Assembly (NCBI RefSeq): GCF_000143415.4
Contig: NW_003314534.1
Location: 1 to 14,995, forward strand
Reading direction: 5' to 3'
DNA length: 14,995 nucleotides
Source: Selaginella moellendorffii
Taxonomy: Eukaryota > Plantae > Lycopodiophyta
Below the pieces are notes generated by a model that saw only the letters and a list, made by a program, of their open reading frames with translations, did no database searches and was not told the DNA's origin. Below are positions 1 to 8,249 of this stretch, piece by piece. The position numbers and the translations under genes are program-made. The first letter of the stretch is position 1. Every line of letters begins with the position of its first letter.

Positions 1-470
1 CTAATAATGCCTCTCAACTCTACATTATTAACAGCACTACACAATTGGGCACCATAGATGGAACAGGAGTAGTACAAACGATTACATCTTGGTCAGCCAA
101 ACTATTCTTTAATAATGTGGTGTATTGTTTAGATTTTTCCTTGACAAAATGGTGAATGAAAGTTAGCCATTGATATTTTTTCTTTGTTTCTTTGCAATGG
201 CAGGGAATTCCAAGAGTTCTTGACCGCCTCATGTCTGACTAGGATGCATATGCTACTTACAACACTCCTATCAACAACCAGAATCACGACCAAGTCATGC
301 CAGCATGGGTGCCCGACTTTGCCCAACAAGTCCAAGAGCTTTAGAATGCACTGCCCACGACCACTGATACTGAGGTCAGCTGACTGATTGACATGCTCAC
401 ACAGCAGCATAGGAGTATCTCTCAGTTCACTCCCACCACCCCAACTGGATGCTTTCCTAGATTGCACTGG
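1..470 (+). pseudogene. Degenerate spliced coding remnant of unknown family, copy A
   Basis: Frame ..NSTTQLGTIDGTGVVQTITSWSAKLFFNNVVYCLDFSLTKW, then a candidate 52-bp GT..polypyrimidine..CAG intron (152-203), then GIPRVLDRLMSD*DAYATYNTPINNQN. Contains stops and indels; family not recognised. Confidence 0.35.
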
Positions 471-1062
471 TGGGACAAATTATAAAACTTTTTAATATCA
501 TAAGTTTATTGCATTAAACTAATTAATAAAGTGGCAGCAATAAACATTCTATTTTGCCCATGACAATGATGCAAGCAATAATCACAATGACTAAGACTAT
601 GTATGTCTCATGACTATGTGAGCAACCATCCTTCTAACAACACAGTTGTCTGCAAAATTGATAACCTACATAGACGTACCTTTGGTCAGTATACCCATGG
701 TTTATTTGTATCAGCAATGGACCTACACAATCCATAATAATTCCGTTAAAACTCTGGTGCCAAGCAATTTAGTGTCAAGTTTTTACCAAGACCGTGTAAA
801 ACTCGAGTTTCACTGAGACCAGTTCTTACCATCAAAACCAAGGTCGTCATCATCTACACACAGAAAAGATGATTTTGACGGCTCTAGACAAGCCCGGTAA
901 AAGAAAACTTCCGAGACGACTTGGCAGCAAACAAATCAGATTGTGTTACGCGGACAGCAAGAGTAAAAAAATGAAATAGAAGGGAAGAGAAGACCGTGTA
1001 CCTAAAATCGTGCACGATTCACGACGAAGTCATCCAAAGGACCTCGCCTCCCCTCCTCCGGC

Positions 1063-1069
1063 TATAAAA
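1063..1069 (+). promoter_or_regulatory. TATA box of germin-like gene A
   Basis: cTATAAAA ~50 bp upstream of the signal-peptide ATG (1120); conserved in copy B. Confidence 0.7.
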
Positions 1070-1119
1070 TGCCTGCCCCTCCCTCATATAGCTCCATCAG
1101 TCTTTTCCAAGCTCGCAAG

Positions 1120-1785
1120 ATGGCTCATCTTCGTTTTGTTCTATCCTTCCTCCTAGCAATCAGCTCCATCTTGTTTGTGCATGCCGCGGATGAAGATATG
1201 CTGCAGGACTTTTGCGTTGCAGACAATGGCTCCAAGATCAAAGTGAACGGCGTGGTCTGCAAGGCGGCCGCCGATGTGAAAGCCGAGGACTTCAAGTCGA
1301 GCCTGCTGGCAACTCCCGGGAACACCGACAACAAGCTCGGCTCCAACGTCACGCTGGCGAGTGTCAACAATTTCCCCGGTCTCAACACCTTTGGTGTAGC
1401 TTTTGCCCGCGTCGACTATGCTCCTGGCGGCACCAATCCCCCCCACGTCCATCCCCGAGGATCCGAGCTGCTCTTCCTCGTGCACGGGAACCTCTTAGTC
1501 GGATTCGTCACCACCTTGCCGGACAACAAGCTCTTCGCCCAAATGCTCTATCCTGGAGATCTGTTCGTCTTCCCTCGGGGACTCGTCCACTTTCAGCTTA
1601 ACGTTGGAAAGGAGCCTGCGGTTGCGATGGCTGGCTTCAACAGCCAAAACCCCGGGGCGACTCAGGTGGCCAAGGCGGTGTTTGATTCCAATCCTCCAAT
1701 CAACGACGACGTGATCGCGAAAGCGTTCCAGATTGACGACCGTGGTCTCATCCAGAAGTTGAGAGAGCTCATCGGCATGACTTGA
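1120..1785 (+). CDS. GLP: Germin-like protein (cupin), secreted, intronless, 221 aa; copy A
   Basis: Signal peptide MAHLRFVLSFLLAISSILFVHA; box A QDFCVAD; box B GGTNPPHVHPRGSELL; box C GDLFVFPRGLVHFQLN, together giving the His/His/Glu/His Mn ligands; second N-terminal Cys (VCK); AFQID tail. ATG 1120 is preferred because ATG 1069 overlaps the TATA box. Confidence 0.97.
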   Translation: MAHLRFVLSFLLAISSILFVHAADEDMLQDFCVADNGSKIKVNGVVCKAAADVKAEDFKSSLLATPGNTDNKLGSNVTLASVNNFPGLNTFGVAFARVDYAPGGTNPPHVHPRGSELLFLVHGNLLVGFVTTLPDNKLFAQMLYPGDLFVFPRGLVHFQLNVGKEPAVAMAGFNSQNPGATQVAKAVFDSNPPINDDVIAKAFQIDDRGLIQKLRELIGMT

Positions 1786-1959
1786 AAGTTTCTCCAAAGG
1801 TTGCGAGGCTGACTTGACTAAGTTACATATATAAATAAATTATTTTTCCAAAGCTCTTACCTTTCGGAAACTTTCGTAAGCACAGCTAGATAGAATAAAA
1901 AACAAACACATCGCTTTCCCGCCAATTTCCATTTTAAACACGCTCCTGGAGCGATTTGC

Positions 1960-2260
1960 CAGGACATACGTCGATCCAATGCCCGAAATATATCGTAATG
2001 CGATCGGCAAGATGCCACCAAAACCCTACAAACCAGAGCATCCGGCACAAACGGCATGGCACGCAGCAATTCCTTGGCATTCTCCAGTTGCCTGTGCCTG
2101 GTGCGATCCTAAAATCCCCTGTCACGAGAAGAAAGAAATCCTTGTTGCGATTCACGGAGCTGATGTAGGCGCAGGCCGGAGTGTCACCTTCCACGCTCCC
2201 ATCGAGGACTTTCTCGCCCTCGCCACAATGAGCAAACGCAGTGATCCCTTTATGCAGCAT
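1960..2260 (-). pseudogene. PLS/E-class pentatricopeptide repeat remnant, copy A
   Basis: ITAFAHCGEGEKVL (P-motif-like), KDFFLLVTGDF, and LENAEELLRAMPFVPDALVCRVLVASCRSHYDIFRA (S2/E1-like). Frameshifted; lacks the 31 bp encoding CMIDIFGRG that copy B retains. Confidence 0.85.
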
Positions 2261-2684
2261 TGTAATGGGCTAAAGGTGATACTGTAGTTAAGTGAGGTCC
2301 ATGATCTTTCAAGGGAAAGACCAAAACTACACCTTGCCAACTCACCCAAGCCCTCTCTAACCCTCAAGCATGTGTTAGAAGGGACTTTTGGCAAGATGAC
2401 AAAGTATCTCCTTTAGCCTACTTTGAGAGGATTTCGGGATTTACCTGGACGTATTTGAGTGTGCTGCATATAATAATCAAGTGGCTGGACATGAGAAGGT
2501 TCTGTATGGCTCTATCAGGAGAGGCACAGAGAATGTTTGTTTCATGCTGTGCACGAGATCAGATTGTTTGGTGGGATGAAGCAGCGGACTCGATTTCCAG
2601 GCTGTTGTGATGTTCAATTAAGATTGCATTATCGAGATTGAAATCACAAGAACATGGAAAGAACTGGACGTGTCTCTCAGCGTG

Positions 2685-3025
2685 GTGCGTGTGTCGTCCG
2701 GGAATTAATCTTGTGATGTTTGCTCAAGGCGATGCAGCCTTGATTGTTGCAGTAGATTGGTGTTGGGCCGGGTGTCGTTGAGGAGGCGGCAAAGCCAGAT
2801 GGCCTCTTTGCATGCGGAACTAGCCTCCGCCTCACAGCCGGAGCAGGCAAGGACGCTCTGCTTCTTGCTGCCAACTGCATTGTGAAGGCTAAACAATTTA
2901 GCCAAAGCCAGCCCAGTAAGCTTGACTTGTGGCCTTAAGACCGTAAGAAAACGTATCTCGGAAGTACCAAAAGACTCGTTTAAGTGCTTGCCAATGTTGA
3001 GGTCCAGGATTGTCAAGGGTTCTTG
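2685..3025 (-). mobile_element. Ty1/copia remnant: RT C-terminus plus RNase H, copy A
   Basis: LDNPGPQHWQALKRVFWYFRDT (~2954-3019; cf. copia NP..HW.A.KR.LRYL.GT), then SKKQSVLACSGCEAE..ACKEAIWLCRLLND, then shifted frame PTPIYCNNQGCIALSKH..SRTTH (cf. IYCDNQ.AI.L.KN...H.RTKH). Deletions and frameshifts. Confidence 0.9.
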
Positions 3026-3060
3026 CACAAAGTGGAATTCGAATGGATTAGCGCACCTTC

Positions 3061-3370
3061 CATGGCGTCCATATCCCCTCTATAACTAGAAAAAAAACAC
3101 ACTCCAACAAGCGAACGAAGCATTTTCCTAGGCTATGGCATTGAACACAAGGCTTACAAGGTCTACAATCCTGTCTCCAAGGCGCTGATCATCTCACCAA
3201 ACGTGCATTCCAATGAGACTCCATCACGTCAAGTGGGAGAAAATCTGCCTTTGCCAGTGCTGCCCAATACCCAATCCGAACGACCTGCGAATCTTCAAGA
3301 CTCACTGCAGCCGCTCCTCTTTGCAGATCTTCTCGCCAGAACAAGGGCAAGCCACCACCACGGCTGATTG
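3061..3370 (+). mobile_element. Ty1/copia remnant: integrase C-terminal SH3-like region plus linker, copy A
   Basis: VHIPSITRKK, then shifted frame IFLGYGIEHKAYKVYNPVSKALIISPNVHSNE (~3119-3217), matching the copia VHIP...RKKL...CIFLGY....K.YR.Y.P...IIISRDV.F.E pattern. Confidence 0.85.
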
Positions 3371-3678
3371 CTCGCAGCTGTACAAGACATCCCTGAAAGT
3401 CTTGTGGAGACATTACTTGCTGGAGTGGAACTTCTGGGAATTCCACGCAGCTCTCAAGTCAAGGAAAAATGGAAAGTTGCCTTTATCATTCCCCTTCACC
3501 TTGGTGAGACAAGCGCCTCCTGGACGCAAGCTGGGTAAATTGATGTGTGACTGTAATGGGAGGGAGCGGAGGTGGGGAAGAATGGGGAAAGGAGTGGAGG
3601 TGGAGGATTTGGAGGAGAATTCGCCGCCAGATGGAAAGAGCCTTGCATGACGTGTCAGCCACGTGGCTGTCCGCCACT

Positions 3679-3921
3679 TCAATTATCGTGGCAGCACCCG
3701 GAAGGGCCGGGAGCTGGCGTGGGCTGACCCTGGGTGAGCATTCTCCGGGAGGTTCTTTCGAGAAGAGTGTGGATCTTTTTAACAACAGGAAAGTGCAATT
3801 CGGAATTGAAAAGCTCGCCCTGCTGGCTCATCACCGAAAACGAGCCCGGCCTGCAACATTCGATGTTGCCGCTGATCATGATCACCAATGCGATGGCAAG
3901 AAGTATCTTTCCACGATTCAT
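3679..3921 (-). CDS. Putative small secreted signalling peptide precursor (IDA/PIP/CTNIP-like C-terminus), 80 aa; copy A
   Basis: MNRGKILLAIALVIMISGNIECC-RP signal-peptide pattern, variable middle, C-terminal RRMLTQGQPTPAPGPSGCCHDN*. TATAAAA ~100 bp upstream. Frame preserved without indels for 77 codons in copy B. Confidence 0.7.
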   Translation of the reverse strand: MNRGKILLAIALVIMISGNIECCRPGSFSVMSQQGELFNSELHFPVVKKIHTLLERTSRRMLTQGQPTPAPGPSGCCHDN

Positions 3922-4019
3922 TCCAGCCACAAAAGCACTAAACATAGTGATGATATCGTTGTATAAGAACCAAGAGCCGTGCTTGCTCCGATACAATTGG
4001 ATCCAATGGGCCTCCACTG

Positions 4020-4087
4020 TTTTATATTCACACAAACAGCACCGGGCTTGGTAAACAGTCAAGTCCTTTGCGCGTGCCATCTGTCAA
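4020..4087 (-). promoter_or_regulatory. TATA box and W-box elements upstream of peptide gene A
   Basis: Minus-strand TATAAAA at 4020-4026, TTGACT at 4057-4062 and TTGACA at 4082-4087; all retained in copy B. Confidence 0.5.
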
Positions 4088-4392
4088 AATAAGAATCGTT
4101 AGCTTCCAAGCCAGAACACTATATGGGCAGTTTTTCAAAGTCCTGCACAAAAGACAGCTCGCCATTTGAAGTCTATAAGCTCTTGGTAGCAAATTACCTG
4201 TTCCGTGTATGTCGGATTTCAAGGCAGCCTTGGCGCAACTTTGCGTGGGCCAAGAGCATGACCTGACCACGCAAATCTACAAAAGACGCTAGATTTGCAT
4301 CATGCAGCCAAGGAGCAACTTAGAAATCTATCACGAAAAAGAAAATAAAATCTTAGAACTTTCTAAGACAACACCCTTTCTAAGAATGTCCT

Positions 4393-5840
4393 TTAGACTA
4401 GTCTGAAACCCCACCGCATTCGCACTTTTCAATGTTGTCCAGCGCGAACTGAGCCGGATAAACGTGGTAGCACGGCTCCATCGTCTCCCTCACTGAGCAA
4501 ACCACGCTCTGGTCGCACACGAACTGTACGGGCCTCACGCCCGCCAGCCCCGCCGCCGAGTAGCCAAACGTGGATGGCGGGCTCGTCACCAGGACATCGC
4601 TCATCGACAGCAAGTAGATCTCCATCACCGCCTGTGCGTCGTGATCCAAGTTCCCCGTGTTTTGCACGCCCTCCACGCTCGGCTGGTGGATGGACACCGA
4701 GGAACCGTCCGCTAGATCGTATCCCAGCACCTTGCTCTTGAGCGTCTCCGAGTACTGCGAGTTGAGTGACACCACCAGCACCGCCACCTTCTTGCTGTTC
4801 TTCCTCACCGACGATCTGGGAGCTCGCTCCTTGGGTGGTGTTTGTGAGCGCGCCTTCCACCAGGCAGTCGAATGTATCCTCGGCGAGGTTGGGTGGCGAG
4901 AACCAGATGTGGTTTCGCAGCTGGACCCCGACTAGAAGCTCGGCCTGCCTGGGCCACGTACGCGTCGTAGTACCTGGCCGCCTTGTCCCACACGAAGTCA
5001 CTGGGAAGCAACAGGTACCTCACCAGGAGATGGAAGATGGCCTCCTGCTGTGGGAACCATTCCTCGAGCTTGCTCCCTGAAAGCCGGGACATTGTAGAGC
5101 GCCGGAGTGATGTACTGGCCGGAGGAGAGGACGATCCACCGCGCGCTGGAGTTGAGAGCTTGCTGTTGATCTTGGCAGAAGAAGGCCTTGTCCTGGTCCC
5201 TGTAGTTGTAATCGAGATAGGCCACCACCACCTCGGGGAAGCTCACGTCGACGCCGCGGCTGCAGTTGGGCGATCCCGCCAGGCTTCCAATCCACTTGGA
5301 GGCGTCCCACGGCGCCAACTCGAGGTGCTTCCAGCTCGACGGCAGCAGCCAGGAGCTGGGTGGAAACGGCTCGCAGAAGAGCGTGTCCAGGTTCTCCAAC
5401 CTCGCGATCAGCATCGTCCTGTCGGTGAGCAGCGCGTAGAGAAACGCTGCTACTGTAGCCACCATCTTGTTGCCGATCCCCTGGTTGGCGGGAACGTAGA
5501 CGAGGTAGCTGCATGTACTATAGTTCGCGCACTGCTCGGGCCCCGGAGCGCACCTCCCGTGCAAAGCCTCGTACTCTAGGATTTTCCGTTGGAGCGACTC
5601 GGATGGCTCGAAGCTCGCCGATCTTCGGCGGCTGTAGAAGTCGTACTCGTTCCTACTCCTGCAAGAGTCGCTGCCGTTGTAGCTTGTGGTGTTGTTGCTG
5701 ATGCGGAAGTTTGATCCCAGAGTTCGGCTCCGGGACATCATTGCGGAGTCGGAATTTACGTCGAGAATCCATACGAGTAGCAGTGCCGCAGCGGAGAAGA
5801 GGAGCACGAAGAACAGCAAGCTCGGGCTGTAAGTTTTCAT
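4393..5840 (-). pseudogene. FUT: Xyloglucan galactoside 2-alpha-L-fucosyltransferase (GT37, FUT1-like), intronless, four 1-bp frameshifts; copy A
   Basis: Type II anchor MKTYSPSLLFFVLLFSAAALLLVWIL; GIGNKMVATVAAFLYALLTDR; FCEPFP.SSWLLP; IFHLLVRYLLLPSDFVW; VGVQLR; AVLVVSL; HQPS; EIYLLSMSDVLVTSPPSTFGY; MEPCYH; GFRLV* (TAA 4393-4395). Frameshifts at ~5076, ~4943, ~4831 and ~4411. Confidence 0.93.
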
Positions 5841-6129
5841 CCTCCGATCCTGGAAAGTTTTTCTTCGCCGCCTACCGAACTCCAAAGCCTCAATGCAAAA
5901 AATTCCTCTTAGTTGGTGATGGTGATTACCAACCTGGAGATCAGAAAGAATTAAGATTTGAGCAACTAAGAAACAATTCCGTGGCTCACCATGTGGACGG
6001 GACACGTGACCAAATACTCGAGACAAAGAAGGAAGTCACGGCTCCAGCCAATTGGCTTGTCGCCACCTTCCTCACCATCTTTCTGGTGGAGTCTCACGGT
6101 ACTGGGATGAGAGTGGTATCCAAGGATCC

Positions 6130-6600
6130 TCCACATGAGCTTGCCTGGAGCTGTCCTTCAAACTGTTCTCCGTGAGCTCTTTGTTGCTATTCGACCGTAA
6201 CAGGGTTTCCACCACTTAGTCCTTCAGAACCATCCCCTTCAACCGGTTCTCCGAGAGATCCGAGCAAACTCAAAGAGTCTGCCCAAGCTGAGAGACATGA
6301 TAGGGCCCACACGAGCTCCTCCCAAACGTTGTTCGAGCACTTCCAAGCCCGCACACCCATTTGGATGGCTGAGAGATGTAGAGCCGAGAATGACATTCCG
6401 GAGATTGCTGCTGGACGGGGGAGTGAGACTGTTGAAGAGCTCCTGGAGAGCCACGCAGTTGCGAAAGATCCCATCGTGCCAAAGGCCTAGCAGCTCGATG
6501 TACCCCCGAGAAGGACGAGCCAGAGATCATGTTGCCGGCTCGTGATCGTCCAGCTGAACTGATTCCCTGACATGTCTAACACCCTGAGCAGTTCCCTCTA
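6130..6600 (-). pseudogene. Degenerate plant extracellular-type LRR gene remnant (LRR-RLK/RLP-like), copy A
   Basis: Fragments across frames fit LxxLDLSxNxLxG: LRVLDMSGNQFSWTI (~6544-6588), AGNMISG, DGIFRNCVALQEL-FNSLT, GCAGLEVL, SLSLL/DLSENRLKGMV (~6228-6275), ELTENSLK. No transmembrane or kinase sequence recognised. Confidence 0.75.
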
Positions 6601-6904
6601 AACAGAAGAGATACCTGTCCTGTCCGGAGTTCAATCTCCAGTGAGGCTAGAACTTCCACGCTGTGAAGCTTCTGATGGAACAAAACCTTGATTTCTTAAA
6701 GGAAGATTCAGCAGCAGCTACGTGCGATTTAAACCAGTTTCTAATGAAGGCTAGACACCAAAGACACGAAGATGAGCCGTTTGAATAAAATCAAAAAGGT
6801 GTCATACCTCAATTAGCGTAAGAACCGGAAATACCGCGGCCTGAGCAATTTACACTGGCCTCCGCAAAAACTGCTTGAAAAGTTTACCCTTCGCGACTCA
6901 AATA

Positions 6905-7830
6905 TCACGTCACAAACGCCACAACAGCTTTCCACCGCTCCAATTCATTCTCGCCTTTGCAGCCCCCCTAGCAAACGGGCTGTCCAAACGCTCGGCCTAC
7001 GTCCCAGCTACATGCCTGTAAAGTGAAGAGAATATTAGCAATCTTAACAGCGAGAGTTCACCTTGAAGTTGACTTGGTCAGATTTTTTAAGAACTTCGAT
7101 TATGTCGTTGTTGAAGAGATTGTCAAAAAGGCCATCAGTTCCCAAAACAATGATGTCCCCCTTGCAGACAGGGATCTTGAATTCCTGTAAACGGAAAATT
7201 AGCGAAGTTAAGGGAAAAGCAAGAGTACCTCTGCAACCGTCGGATGGTCACCAAATGTTCCAACTTGAAACGGAAAGTTAAAACTATGCTGCATGGGCTC
7301 CGAGCTTGCAACTACTTGCCAATTGCGAACTATGATGAACCCAAGTCTCCCAAGTTTGCTGCGTACATGTCTGAAATATATGACCCGACTCAGCCTCAAA
7401 CATCAAATCCGACTAGCTTACTTGCTCAAACAATGCAGCCACAAGGACCGTTGCTGATCCCTGGGCCTTTGTACTGCCGGCGGCTTTGACAAGCACGTCC
7501 TTGGGGTCCGGTTTCCCTTTGCTGTTTACAACCAATGCCTTACAGTGTCCCATAAGCTCCCGAGAATACATCCCCGAATCAATGCCTGAAAACCAGTAAA
7601 AACTCTTTTGAAGAAACAGACTCAAAGAAAGATTTGTCTTACCTTCTCCGGCCCAGCCCCCAGAACCATCAGCAACACCCATCCAGGAGCCTTCTGTGAC
7701 GAAGGCATCTTCACCCCCTCTTTGAGCCTGTAAACAGCAAAGCTTAGAAGATCTACAAAAATTAGCAAGTAAGCTTTGCACCTTCTCAGGATGGGGACGC
7801 ATCGCCGCAGCATAGTCGAGTCGAAGCAAC
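6905..7830 (-). pseudogene. PP2C: PTC7-type protein phosphatase 2C, six recognisable exons, disrupted
   Basis: Exons 7830-7782 (RPHPEK), 7727-7643 (GGEDAF..GVADGSGGW), 7585-7422 (GIDSGMYSRELM..GSATVLVA), 7370-7229 (ANLGD/GFIIVR..QHSFNFPFQVG; 142 nt, two bases short), 7184-7062 (GDIIVLGTDGLFDNLF), 7015-6905 (DSPFA..GGKL/VVAFVT*; DDIT deleted). All introns are GT-AG. Further 5' exons probably extend to ~8176 but are unresolved. Confidence 0.92.
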
Positions 7831-8249
7831 CTTAAAAGCAAGAACACCATGAATTTCACCAATAGCCACGCGAAACGTAAACAAGCTCACTGGCTGGTAG
7901 AATCCGTTTCAGCATTCTGGCACCCTTGCAAGCTTAAGACTTCAGTATATAGAGAAGGAAAGAAAAATTGCAAACCTCTTCGCCATTTTTGCAAGCCGAG
8001 TTGTGTGTCTTGGCCGGTTGTGGGAGGGAAACAGCCGATTCATCGAAAGTAACATGCGTTGTCTCTTCGGGCGCTTCAAGAGATAGAGAGATCAGCAACA
8101 CGTCACCAAAAATTCCAAGCTACATTCTTACCTCGCGTACTTAAAGAAGGAGAGGACGTTGCTCGTTGTGAGCCATGATCTGCGGTAAACTTGCGTGATT
8201 AGTGCTTGGATCTTATTTTCTTTCCTCGCAGAGAGTTGATTCCACTGGT

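Larger units (their letters stand above)
1..6516 (+). repeat. Tandem duplication, copy A (left end cut by window edge)
   Basis: Position 1 (ctaataatgcctctcaactc) aligns to 8479 (ctaatggcgcctcccaactc). The GLP ORFs are offset by 8430. 6501-6516 (tacccccgagaaggac) aligns to the window end. Collinear throughout, with small indels. Confidence 0.97.

Noticed and set aside
1069-1119. 17-aa N-terminal extension MPAPPSYSSISLFQARK of the GLP ORF (also 9499-9549)
   Set aside because: The ATG overlaps the TATA box and so lies upstream of the likely TSS; the signal peptide begins at 1120.
3213-3966. Plus-strand ORFs 3213-3650 and 3547-3966 and their copy-B equivalents
   Set aside because: No recognisable domain; frames change between copies; they overlap the copia linker or lie antisense to the peptide gene.
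3922-4080. 5' extension of the 133-aa minus ORF 3679-4080
   Set aside because: It spans the TATA box and is not kept in frame in copy B; the signal peptide starts at ATG 3921.
4429-5701. Long overlapping or antisense ORFs over FUT (also 12900-14118) and over GLP (1125-1797, 9555-10227)
   Set aside because: These are shadow frames of GC-rich coding sequence. Some are frameshifted segments of FUT itself, and none has independent motifs.
5841-6026. Upstream extension of the FUT ORF (MSRVFG...), also 14322-14507
   Set aside because: The type II membrane anchor directly follows MKTYSP at 5840; the extension has no GT37 similarity.
7891-8176. Exact 5' exon structure and start codon of the PP2C
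   Set aside because: Splice-like signals are present, but I could not join them into one open frame from ATG 8176; left unannotated.
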